From Carpediemonas membranifera BICM (Eukaryota; Protista; Fornicata), in the NCBI GenBank assembly GCA_019828565.1, contig JAHDYR010000030.1, forward strand, positions 62,001 through 126,000: DNA of 64,000 nt, in the 5' to 3' direction. Made by a program: the position numbers and the translations under genes. The notes beneath the pieces were generated by a model. The model was given only the letters and a program-made list of their open reading frames with translations, ran no database searches and was not told where the DNA came from. Below, one piece after another: positions 52,539 through 62,527 of the stretch. Within the stretch, counting starts at the first letter, position 1; every line of letters begins with the position of its first letter.

Positions 52539-53771
52539 ATGGACATTGCCCATGGATCCGCAAACGAGGATGTAGGTCCTTCCAATCTCGTTGAATGGGC
52601 CATATGGGAAGAGCAGAGGCTTATGCGCGACGTATTCAACATGAAAGGGTCCGATATCAGCGATGTTCCGCCTTCTTCGTCGGGAGAGGAGAACTCAGCA
52701 TTGGAAGAAGCAGCAAATGAAGGTAGCGACTCTTCTCCCTCTTGCAGCGGTGAGAATTCGCCGCCTGAAATGACTGAGGCATCCATTCCAACGATGGAGG
52801 CCAAGGAGCCCGTTGCCCCGGCCCCAGAAGAAGACAACGACGCATCGTACTGCCATTCGGGCTGCCCATCTCCTGTGGAGATCACAATTGGGATGAACGC
52901 CGTCTTTACTTCCATCGACGAGCCAACCACGCCTGTCAAACCTTCCGAGCCAACGGACGAACCCGCAGACAGCCCTCGGCCTGATGCAATAGGGACTGTG
53001 GAGGCAGAGGTCCAGGCAGACGAGACGACGTCCCCTCTGAAGCTCGGGTCCGGTGCCCCCGCAATTGACCCATCGGACATCCAGAAGCGGCTCGAGCAGG
53101 CCCGGCTTAGCGGCTGCTGCCCGCCGTCACAGTCGCAGATAGACCGTGTGAGTGCGTCTATCGCCATGCTAAAGTCGACTCTTGCAGCCGTCACTGGCGA
53201 CGACACGGACGAACTCATCGACTCCATGAAGGCAGACTCGATGAAGATGGTGGAGGACCTTAGTGCAACCCACCGCCGCATGCAGGACACCCTCCACGAG
53301 TACGACTTGAACACAGTGCCCTCGCCCGCCGCTCATAACCCCCGTGGGTCTCCTGAGTCGGAGAAGGCCGTGTTCTCGCCCAACCGGATGCGGGAGGACC
53401 TGCTGCCAGACACCCCGACACCCCACTGCCCTGAGGCTGAGCAGTACTCACCTGACATGCCGGAGTCGACCTTCGATAACCCAGGCAATGACGCGCCTGT
53501 CACACCTACCTTGGTCGGGGACGAGGACCCACTCTCGCTGTCCGACGCCGAGGACGAGCACACCAACCGGGAGCTCGGCGGCGGTCCTGCTCGCCCTAAC
53601 CGCATCACCTCTGAGTATCTCCACCGCAGCAGGGCGATGCTGGCATCCGCGGGACAGGGTAGCGTCGACCCCTTGCCTGTACTGAGAGCGGGGGATGAGA
53701 TGCGGCGGGAATATGCCCGGCTGACACGGTCTCCCGTTCCCGGATCCGGGAGGTCCCGCCCCCAAATGTAA
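52539..53771 (+). CDS. Acidic low-complexity hypothetical protein
   Basis: Long ORF; start uncertain. Confidence 0.6.
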   Translation: MDIAHGSANEDVGPSNLVEWAIWEEQRLMRDVFNMKGSDISDVPPSSSGEENSALEEAANEGSDSSPSCSGENSPPEMTEASIPTMEAKEPVAPAPEEDNDASYCHSGCPSPVEITIGMNAVFTSIDEPTTPVKPSEPTDEPADSPRPDAIGTVEAEVQADETTSPLKLGSGAPAIDPSDIQKRLEQARLSGCCPPSQSQIDRVSASIAMLKSTLAAVTGDDTDELIDSMKADSMKMVEDLSATHRRMQDTLHEYDLNTVPSPAAHNPRGSPESEKAVFSPNRMREDLLPDTPTPHCPEAEQYSPDMPESTFDNPGNDAPVTPTLVGDEDPLSLSDAEDEHTNRELGGGPARPNRITSEYLHRSRAMLASAGQGSVDPLPVLRAGDEMRREYARLTRSPVPGSGRSRPQM

Positions 53772-53916
53772 GATAAATGTATGACTGTTGCCGTCATTCA
53801 TGTGCTGTGACCTCCATGGCCATGCTGATCGCCAGTGGAGGGTGCTAATCATGCCAGCTTTTTTCTTGCATGCAAGAAAAAAGGTAGCGCAGAAGGTATA
53901 GCAAGCATCTCACTCG

Positions 53917-54103
53917 ATGGGCTCCAACAAGACGCTCCAGCTGAAGCTTCGCCACGCTTCCCTCCGTAAGATGAACCGCCCCGTTCCTCACTGGTTTGTT
54001 CGCCGTTATCACGCAATTATTCAGGTACCGCATCAAGACCCACAACGCCATCCGTTGGAACAACAAGCGCCGCCACTGGAAGCGCTCCAAGATCGGCCTG
54101 TAA
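53917..54103 (+). CDS. RPL39: 60S ribosomal protein L39 (eL39), 2 exons, 51 aa
   Basis: A 31-nt intron (53994-54024) gives [32 protein letters not shown]. Confidence 0.95.
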
Positions 54104-54434
54104 GCTTTGTGCATGAATAAACCTTTTCGGCCCCTTCTGCGGGCGAGAAATCCATCGCCATCAGTCTTCTTTTCAACTCCACCACCGAAAGTGTTTAAGG
54201 AGACATGTTCAGGGCTAAGGCACATCAGCAACGCTGCGTATGCAGCTGGTTGACATGCAGAACCTCATTCTCTGCAGACCGCCCCAGACCATCCAACTCA
54301 GGATAGGCTCCAAATAACGGACAACCAGTGGGTGTGACAGCCAGCTGTGGTGGTCTGTAGATCTGCTGAGCCTCACTAGTGGCCCCCGACTCTCTGGCTG
54401 AAGTCGGATTGACAGTCTACATCGCCTCCGAGAA

Positions 54435-56069
54435 ATGACAGTAGTGAGCGTCATAGCGTATGATGGCACTGTCGAGAAGATCACCGTGGACTCAAATGAC
54501 AGCGTAGGAGCTGTGAAGGAACAGTTCGCGATGATCCGAGGCATATCCAGTCCGGGCATCCTCTTCCTCCTGGATGAGCGGACAAACGAGCTTATGGAGG
54601 ACATCAGGCCGCTCAGCGACTTCATGCAGGCGACCGAGGATGCCACGGTCTTTGCCTATGACCGCACCGTGCTCTACCCGGACGCCCCCGTCCCCGTACT
54701 CACCATCCCCGTCTACACCGCAGAGACAGCGCCCTCCATGCCCCCAGAAACTGAGGTGCCCGCCTCCATGGACGACGAGCTCACCCGCGCGCTGTCTGTG
54801 ATTGTCAGCTTCGACCAGTCCTTGCGGCAGACGCTCGTGGTCGTACGGGCCTTCAGGGCCGGGCTGGACGCCGCGTATAGGACAGTGTCCGGTGCACTAG
54901 ACCGGCTGAACAACCAGAGCGCGGCAATCGAGTGTGCCCGGGCCAACATGGAGCTCTACCAGCGGGCCCTGACGAGGGCTGCCGAGAACTTCACAGCATC
55001 CTTCACCGCGCAGAGGCAGCGGCACGAGGCGATCCTAGCTAACCACGGTGCAGCCATTGAACGGCTCCGGGCCACCCCACTCGACCCGGCCCACCAGGCG
55101 GGGGAGAGAGAGACCCTGGCTGACCTGGTCGACTTAACCCGAGTCGAGACATGGGAGAAGGAGTGCAGAGTGAAGCAGCAGAGGCTCACTGAGCGCGTGG
55201 AGGCGTTCAGCGCGTCCTTTACTAGCCGCAAGACCCGAGCCCTCGAGCGTCTCGCCCCCTGGCGGCCGGTGTCGACGGCCTCCCTCACCGACCAGGCACG
55301 TATTCTCGAGGGAAGCGTCCGAGCCCTTGACGACGTCTCAACAGGCATCGAGGCTGAGATCGAGCAGCTCCAGCATCTGGTGCAGGAGCAAACCAGCCCT
55401 GAGGCCTTGTTCGAGGCCACACCAGCACTGTCCAGCGCAGTTCGGAAGTGGAAGGACGCGTTACAAAGGCAGTGGTCGATCTGGGGCCAGGACCAGACGG
55501 CCTCGGCCTCTGTGACGTCTAGCGATGTCGCACACGTTGAGATTGGGCGAGAGACTGTGGAAGAGAGCAGGGCAGCTGTGGGGACTCAGATGAAGCAGGC
55601 GATGGCTGCGTTGAAAGACATATCCGTGCGGCAAACTGAGGTGTCTTCCCTGCAACGCACAGTCACTGCGTTTGCCAACATCACACGGAAGTACGGAGAT
55701 GCGTTCGAACCTCTGGCCGCCCTGGAGACCCTGCCCGAGGCATATCCCCGCCTGCTGACCGAGAACAGACGCCGGGACAGCTGGAACCGGAGCTACATGG
55801 CCCTGCTTGACACAGCCGGTCGACTGGTCGCCGCGGTTCACAGTGCCGAGCAGCACCGCCGCGACGCCTTCCAGGAAGAGTTGACCGGCCCCGTCCAGGC
55901 CCTGCTCGGCAAGCTGGCCCCCTCTCTGACCGAGTCCCTCCCGCTGCCACAGGTGGGGATTGCTCCCCTGCCGTCCAACGGTACAGTGGGGGCTCCGACC
56001 GGACCCGACCCTGTTGTTGCTGACCTCGTGGCGGCACTGGAGTCGCTCATCGGCAGGATCAGTCGGTAA
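54435..56069 (+). CDS. ATG11/FIP200-like protein (Ubl plus ATG17-like region)
   Basis: N-terminal Ubl ending VFAYDR; QSAAIECARANM; LPEAYPRLLTENRRR. Confidence 0.65.
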   Translation: MTVVSVIAYDGTVEKITVDSNDSVGAVKEQFAMIRGISSPGILFLLDERTNELMEDIRPLSDFMQATEDATVFAYDRTVLYPDAPVPVLTIPVYTAETAPSMPPETEVPASMDDELTRALSVIVSFDQSLRQTLVVVRAFRAGLDAAYRTVSGALDRLNNQSAAIECARANMELYQRALTRAAENFTASFTAQRQRHEAILANHGAAIERLRATPLDPAHQAGERETLADLVDLTRVETWEKECRVKQQRLTERVEAFSASFTSRKTRALERLAPWRPVSTASLTDQARILEGSVRALDDVSTGIEAEIEQLQHLVQEQTSPEALFEATPALSSAVRKWKDALQRQWSIWGQDQTASASVTSSDVAHVEIGRETVEESRAAVGTQMKQAMAALKDISVRQTEVSSLQRTVTAFANITRKYGDAFEPLAALETLPEAYPRLLTENRRRDSWNRSYMALLDTAGRLVAAVHSAEQHRRDAFQEELTGPVQALLGKLAPSLTESLPLPQVGIAPLPSNGTVGAPTGPDPVVADLVAALESLIGRISR

Positions 56070-56701
56070 GGCCCGAGGGACACCCTGGGCAGTGTCCTGG
56101 CGTGTGTACATAAAGCATCATTACTGTAATCAGATTGGTGGTTTGATCGGTAGAGATGATCAAGAAGGCTGTTCTCAGCATTGAAGGGAGCGAGGATATT
56201 CAAATCGTGTCGACCATAGTTGGTACTTCAATTCTACTGAACATATCACAGACTGGTCGTTTTGGCAGCATCGTTTGTCCGTTTCACCAAATTTACTCAG
56301 TACTCTGTCAAAACACCACCAATGGGCGGTCCTGCCACCATTAGGCGTCTATTAGGCATAGAAAGCATCCCTCTCGAAGTTGCTGTCGATCGTATCCGCC
56401 GTGTCGTGGGGCCAAGCCCTCTCTTGCTGACACTCGCCGTCCCATCGCTTGAGACGCCGGGACCAGCTGCTGTTGCACTACTGGAGAGCATTCAAGCTGA
56501 GCTTAGGACCCTCCTCAATGCTTGAGGGCGAGTGAATGTCGTCGTTTTCATCGAAGTTTTAAATCCTGCGTCAGGACGACAGTAAAAGGACATATTTCGG
56601 GTCTAGCCCTCCATAAGATGTACTACCGCGACCCGCGCCCATTGCACGCGTCCTAGATGCTGTCAGACCGCGGTGCATTTTAGCCCAAAAATCTCACAGC
56701 G

Positions 56702-58411
56702 ATGATTAACAGTGCGTCCTTCGTGGAGCGGCAGCAGCTGTGGTACGATCTTGTAACGAAAAAGAAAGAACTTGCCCGGGAAAAGTTGGCGAAAGAGCAG
56801 GAGGAAGAGGAGATGCGATCGCTGCGTCCAAAACCTGAGATCTCCAAGATGGCTCAGCAAATGGAGAGGGCGACAACCAATGTCGTGGAGTTTCAGCGTG
56901 AATGGGCCGAGCAGCAGAAACGGAAGCTTGAGGCTAAGCGTACACAGATCGAGGCCGAGGAGATGGAGAATGTTACCTTTTCCCCAGCCATCAACCCACG
57001 GTCAGAGCGCCTCGCCCGCAGACGCAGCCGCCCAACCCACACGAACATTGAAACCACCCTGTTCGAGGAAGCGTTAGCGGAGCAGCGTACTCCCAAAGTT
57101 GAGTCGACCCCAACAGCAAGAACAAGTCAACCAAGCCCCCCAGCCGCTCGGGGAGAGGCGGTACACGAGCGGCTGTACCGTATGCACGAGACTATCCAGC
57201 AGTCGCACGAGCATGCCCGTCAGCAGCGGGAGGTTGAGTCCGCTGGCGGTGGAACTCCCAGCACAAACACTGGGTTCCTCCGGATACGAACTATGCCGAT
57301 AGAGGACGACCTGCTGCTGCGGGACATGGAGGCTAGGAGTATCAGGGATCAGCGGGCTAGGGCTGCAGAGGAAATGGCGAGGAGGGCACACCAACCGGCG
57401 ATTAATCAGAACAGCGAACGCATGGCAATGGAGAAACGGGCACTTGACCTGGAGCTGCTGAAGATGTACGGGCCGAACGCCGAGTTCGAGAGCATAAGAG
57501 AGCGGTACGTCCCCGAGCAGCCCTCGTTCACTCCCAAGATCAATAGGAGCAGCAGGGACATGGAGAAGGCCCGCTTCACGTCCACCGAGGAGCACATTGA
57601 GTGGCTACACATGTCTCGGGAGCTGGCAGGGCCCCAAGAGCACGTGCCCACGGCATCCGAGCTCGAGGACTTGGCGGAGTCGACGTTTAAGCCGAAGATC
57701 ACCACCCCGCCCGTGGAGCTCCCTGAGGGAGACGTGGTCGACCGGCTGTACGGCTGGAAACAGATACGGGATGCCAGGATAGCCGCGATAGCCGCGGCTA
57801 AGGCTGAGGCCGAGGCTGACCCTGGGTATTCCTTCACCCCCACCGTGAACAGAGACCCCCCGCCCCGGCCCCTGTCTGAGGGCGTCGCCGTGGGTGGCCT
57901 CGACCGGTTCCTCCAGCGCCAGGCTAAGGCAAGGGAGCTGCGTGCCGAGAGAGAGCAGGCTCTCGCCCCACGGACCCCTGTAGGGAGGGGGAAGGTTACT
58001 AAGCCAAGGGAGTTCTCGTTCAGCAACAAGCCGGGCAAGATCGCGGCGCTCGACCAACCTGTCTCCCGCCGTTGGACCAGGGGCAGGCGTGGGAAAGCGG
58101 GGCGGGGCAGTGCTGGACCTAGCGCGACGAATACACCGTCTGTCACAGCAACGAGCTCGGCAGTCAGCTCGGAGGCCCCGACGGAACAAGGGTCGCCCCA
58201 GCCGACTGTGCCCCGGCTGGATGTGGCCTCGCCCTCCTCTGAGGGCCCCCTGTCACCTGAGGTGATCACCGACTACAGTCTTATTCTGTCAATGGTGGCT
58301 CCCAGTACAACATCGGCGACACCTGACTATCAGACGAGACGGGTCGACCGGGATGCCGTGGTATCCGGGCTGAGGCGGCGGAAAGAGGGGGACAAGCCCT
58401 GGAGAGAGTAG
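56702..58411 (+). CDS. Hypothetical protein with (T/S)FxPxI(N) repeats
   Basis: TFSPAIN, HQPAIN, SFTPKIN, TFKPKI, SFTPTVN. Confidence 0.75.
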   Translation: MINSASFVERQQLWYDLVTKKKELAREKLAKEQEEEEMRSLRPKPEISKMAQQMERATTNVVEFQREWAEQQKRKLEAKRTQIEAEEMENVTFSPAINPRSERLARRRSRPTHTNIETTLFEEALAEQRTPKVESTPTARTSQPSPPAARGEAVHERLYRMHETIQQSHEHARQQREVESAGGGTPSTNTGFLRIRTMPIEDDLLLRDMEARSIRDQRARAAEEMARRAHQPAINQNSERMAMEKRALDLELLKMYGPNAEFESIRERYVPEQPSFTPKINRSSRDMEKARFTSTEEHIEWLHMSRELAGPQEHVPTASELEDLAESTFKPKITTPPVELPEGDVVDRLYGWKQIRDARIAAIAAAKAEAEADPGYSFTPTVNRDPPPRPLSEGVAVGGLDRFLQRQAKARELRAEREQALAPRTPVGRGKVTKPREFSFSNKPGKIAALDQPVSRRWTRGRRGKAGRGSAGPSATNTPSVTATSSAVSSEAPTEQGSPQPTVPRLDVASPSSEGPLSPEVITDYSLILSMVAPSTTSATPDYQTRRVDRDAVVSGLRRRKEGDKPWRE

Positions 58412-58514
58412 GCGCGGTAGTGTACCATAGTAGTAAAGGCCTCGCGGCGATGGGCTAAAGTGCGTGACATGATGCGGTGACACGTGGAACAGGATATCTG
58501 CTTGGATTGGGGAA

Positions 58515-59098
58515 TGATGAGGAATACTATGTCTGTACCGCAATCCGAGAAGAATTTTCCCCGTTTGAGCACGAAACAAAAGGTTCGGGGCTCAAAGGAG
58601 CGTCGTGTAATTGCAAAGCTACGGTGGGCCGCTGTTCTTGCAATAATTGCCATCTCTGTGCTTATTGCGTACACACATACCGGTTCCTCGTCCCCATCCA
58701 CCCCCAGCTTCCCCACCGTGCACCTCGGGGACAAGCAGCTTTCCATCGAACTCGCGCTGACCCTCTCTGAGCAAGCTCGGGGTCTCACTGGCCGGGGCGG
58801 GATTCCAGACGGCCACGGCCTCGTGTTCGTCCATAGAAGTCCGCGACGGCTGTCCTACTGGATGAATGGTGTCGACTTCCCCCTCGACATTGGGTTCTTT
58901 ACGGCAGATGGCGTTCTGAGGGAGCTTTATCCCCTCGATGCCCAGGACAGAAACATCACTGTGTCAACCCGCGATGACCTGTTGATAGCGGTGGAGGTAA
59001 GGCGTGGGTGGTTCGAGGATAATAACGTAGGAGTCGGAACTAAGCTGGAGATGGCGGTGCTCAAGGAGGCTATAGAGGGGAGGATGGGTTTGCAGTGA
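58515..59098 (+). CDS. DUF192-family protein with one TM helix
   Basis: QARGL..GLVF..YWMNGVDFPLDIGF..AVEVRRGWF..VG. Confidence 0.85.
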
Positions 59099-59472
59099 AC
59101 TGAGGGGTGTTTATGTATGCTTGGCTGAGGTCGACATAAATAAGTCAAGGCGGGCAGTGTCCATCTGGTAGCAAGGTCAGATGGTTTTATGAGGCGAGTT
59201 AGTCAGCTGGGCACTAACATTCATCCGCTTGATTCATGTGATAACCACCCCACTGATATGTGCAGGTCCCACGGGGTCGCCTCAGTGCTTCACTGGTATC
59301 GAGCACGGTCTGCACTTGATCTGTCTGCTTCTACATTCGTCGACCCGTGTGCCAACAGTCATACCAACAACACCATCGTGCTCATCATCATCAGGAAAAC
59401 ATCGCCTAAGTCAACCCGGGCCACCTCAGACCGATGACATGATAACAACGTTGGTTTACTCTCCGATCAGTC

Positions 59473-61836
59473 TTAATGAGCGCCACAGGTACAGACGTGA
59501 CCCTCAGAGCCGCACGTACAGATCTCGCCGCGCCCGCAGGTGCAAGGCTTCGGCGCGACTACAGCAGACTTGCCACAAGTGCAGACGTGACCCTCAGAGC
59601 CGCACGTACAGATCTCGCCGCGCCCGCAGGTGCAAGGCTTCGGCGCGACTACAGCAGACTTGCCACAAGTGCAGACGTGACCCTCAGAGCCGCACGTACA
59701 GATCTCGCCGCGCCCGCAGGTGCAAGGCTTCGGCGCGACTACAGCAGACTTGCCACAAGTGCAGACGTGACCCTCAGAGCCGCACGTACAGATCTCGCCG
59801 CGCCCGCAGGTGCAAGGCTTCGGCGCGACTACAGCAGACTTGCCACAAGTGCAGACGTGACCCTCAGAGCCGCACGTACAGATCTCGCCGCGCCCGCAGG
59901 TGCAAGGCTTCGGCGCGACTACAGCAGACTTGCCACAAGTGCAGACGTGACCCTCAGAGCCGCACGTACAGATCTCGCCGCGCCCGCAGGTGCAAGGCTT
60001 CGGCGCGACTACAGCAGACTTGCCACAAGTGCAGACGTGACCCTCAGAGCCGCACGTACAGATCTCGCCGCGCCCGCAGGTGCAAGGCTTCGGCGCGACT
60101 ACAGCAGACTTGCCACAAGTGCAGACGTGACCCTCAGAGCCGCACGTACAGATCTCGCCGCGCCCGCAGGTGCAAGGCTTCGGCGCGACTACAGCAGACT
60201 TGCCACAAGTGCAGACGTGACCCTCAGAGCCGCACGTACAGATCTCGCCGCGCCCGCAGGTGCAAGGCTTCGGCGCGACTACAGCAGACTTGCCACAAGT
60301 GCAGACGTGACCCTCAGAGCCGCACGTACAGATCTCGCCGCGCCCGCAGGTGCAAGGCTTCGGCGCGACTACAGCAGACTTGCCACAAGTGCAGACGTGA
60401 CCCTCAGAGCCGCACGTACAGATCTCGCCGCGCCCGCAGGTGCAAGGCTTCGGCGCGACTACAGCAGACTTGCCACAAGTGCAGACGTGACCCTCAGAGC
60501 CGCACGTACAGATCTCGCCGCGCCCGCAGGTGCAAGGCTTCGGCGCGACTACAGCAGACTTGCCACAAGTGCAGACGTGACCCTCAGAGCCGCACGTACA
60601 GATCTCGCCGCGCCCGCAGGTGCAAGGCTTCGGCGCGACTACAGCAGACTTGCCACAAGTGCAGACGTGACCCTCAGAGCCGCACGTACAGATCTCGCCG
60701 CGCCCGCAGGTGCAAGGCTTCGGCGCGACTACAGCAGACTTGCCACAAGTGCAGACGTGACCCTCAGAGCCGCACGTACAGATCTCGCCGCGCCCGCAGG
60801 TGCAAGGCTTCGGCGCGACTACAGCAGACTTGCCACAAGTGCAGACGTGACCCTCAGAGCCGCACGTACAGATCTCGCCGCGCCCGCAGGTGCAAGGCTT
60901 CGGCGCGACTACAGCAGACTTGCCACAAGTGCAGACGTGACCCTCAGAGCCGCACGTACAGATCTCGCCGCGCCCGCAGGTGCAAGGCTTCGGCGCGACT
61001 ACAGCAGACTTGCCACAAGTGCAGACGTGACCCTCAGAGCCGCACGTACAGATCTCGCCGCGCCCGCAGGTGCAAGGCTTCGGCGCGACTACAGCAGACT
61101 TGCCACAAGTGCAGACGTGACCCTCAGAGCCGCACGTACAGATCTCGCCGCGCCCGCAGGTGCAAGGCTTCGGCGCGACTACAGCAGACTTGCCACAAGT
61201 GCAGACGTGACCCTCAGAGCCGCACGTACAGATCTCGCCGCGCCCGCAGGTGCAAGGCTTCGGCGCGACTACAGCAGACTTGCCACAAGTGCAGACGTGA
61301 CCCTCAGAGCCGCACGTACAGATCTCGCCGCGCCCGCAGGTGCAAGGCTTCGGCGCGACTACAGCAGACTTGCCACAAGTGCAGACGTGACCCTCAGAGC
61401 CGCACGTACAGATCTCGCCGCGCCCGCAGGTGCAAGGCTTCGGCGCGACTACAGCAGACTTGCCACAAGTGCAGACGTGACCCTCAGAGCCGCACGTACA
61501 GATCTCGCCGCGCCCGCAGGTGCAAGGCTTCGGCGCGACTACAGCAGACTTGCCACAAGTGCAGACGTGACCCTCAGAGCCGCACGTACAGATCTCGCCG
61601 CGCCCGCAGGTGCAAGGCTTCGGCGCGACTACAGCAGACTTGCCACAAGTGCAGACGTGACCCTCAGAGCCGCACGTACAGATCTCGCCGCGCCCGCAGG
61701 TGCAAGGCTTCGGCGCTTCATCCGCAGCACTCTTCTTACAGGAACAGAAACCGCCACAGCTGCCGCCGCATGTTTTCTTGGTTACTGGCTCAAATTCAAA
61801 GACATTATCGATCGTCACAGTGTTCTTTCCACTCAT
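59473..61836 (-). CDS. Giant metallothionein-like Cys-rich repeat protein (787 aa)
   Basis: ATG, a unique 44-aa leader, 25 copies of CTCGRGEICTCGSEGHVCTCG(KSAVVAPKP), then a stop. Confidence 0.8.
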   Translation of the reverse strand: MSGKNTVTIDNVFEFEPVTKKTCGGSCGGFCSCKKSAADEAPKPCTCGRGEICTCGSEGHVCTCGKSAVVAPKPCTCGRGEICTCGSEGHVCTCGKSAVVAPKPCTCGRGEICTCGSEGHVCTCGKSAVVAPKPCTCGRGEICTCGSEGHVCTCGKSAVVAPKPCTCGRGEICTCGSEGHVCTCGKSAVVAPKPCTCGRGEICTCGSEGHVCTCGKSAVVAPKPCTCGRGEICTCGSEGHVCTCGKSAVVAPKPCTCGRGEICTCGSEGHVCTCGKSAVVAPKPCTCGRGEICTCGSEGHVCTCGKSAVVAPKPCTCGRGEICTCGSEGHVCTCGKSAVVAPKPCTCGRGEICTCGSEGHVCTCGKSAVVAPKPCTCGRGEICTCGSEGHVCTCGKSAVVAPKPCTCGRGEICTCGSEGHVCTCGKSAVVAPKPCTCGRGEICTCGSEGHVCTCGKSAVVAPKPCTCGRGEICTCGSEGHVCTCGKSAVVAPKPCTCGRGEICTCGSEGHVCTCGKSAVVAPKPCTCGRGEICTCGSEGHVCTCGKSAVVAPKPCTCGRGEICTCGSEGHVCTCGKSAVVAPKPCTCGRGEICTCGSEGHVCTCGKSAVVAPKPCTCGRGEICTCGSEGHVCTCGKSAVVAPKPCTCGRGEICTCGSEGHVCTCGKSAVVAPKPCTCGRGEICTCGSEGHVCTCGKSAVVAPKPCTCGRGEICTCGSEGHVCTCGKSAVVAPKPCTCGRGEICTCGSEGHVCTCGKSAVVAPKPCTCGRGEICTCGSEGHVCTCGAH
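59492..61717. repeat. Perfect 90-bp tandem array, ~25 units
   Basis: cagacgtgaccctcag recurs every 90 nt from 59492 to 61652, with no internal variation seen. Confidence 0.98.
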
Positions 61837-62527
61837 TTGGTGCTATTGCTTGTCTGGTGCCCGTGCTTTACAGCTCAGGGTCCACAAGGCATTGTCATGG
61901 TGCCGGTACAAAACCCGCCCAGTTCAGGACCGGTTGGTGCCCCAGTAATGGGTGGATGGGGCAGTATTTGTGCTGCGGATGACGGTACAGTGGCGCTGAA
62001 GGGTATGATTCATTCGAGAACTGATGATCGTCATCTCCGACATCACAAGCCCGGGTTCGGGGATGTTTACGAGCCGAGTCGAGAGGCTGGACGCCATAAC
62101 TCAGATGGATCAGACACAATTAGGATGATTGGTATGCCTGACAGTGCAATCAGTCAGTTGTTGACCTTAGCTTCAGCTTGGAATTACGCCAGGCTGGACC
62201 TCACTCAGGCACCCTCAGAATGAGCTCTCCGACACTACCTGGGAGTTATTTAGAACAGGCACACAGGAGTACCCCAGCACTGCCCTGCACCCGTGTGTGA
62301 GGTGTGCTGCTCCCACGACTTTTCAATGTAGCGCCGATGGGGGATTCAAGAGACTCAGTCCCACTGGATCGAGCCATATAAATCTTGATTGCTCGGATGC
62401 TCGACTCGGAATGCGAGTTCCTGGGTTTGGCAATCAATTTACACGTATACATACCAAATGTACCGATTTGGCTAATCTGCAGGATCTTTCATCCAAGATC
62501 CATCCGCAGCGGCTCAAGGAGTTAGCA

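Noticed and set aside
59229-62223. 915/917-aa plus-strand ORFs, or a CRISPR-like array
   Set aside because: These are shadow frames of a stop-free 90-bp repeat, and there are no unique spacers.
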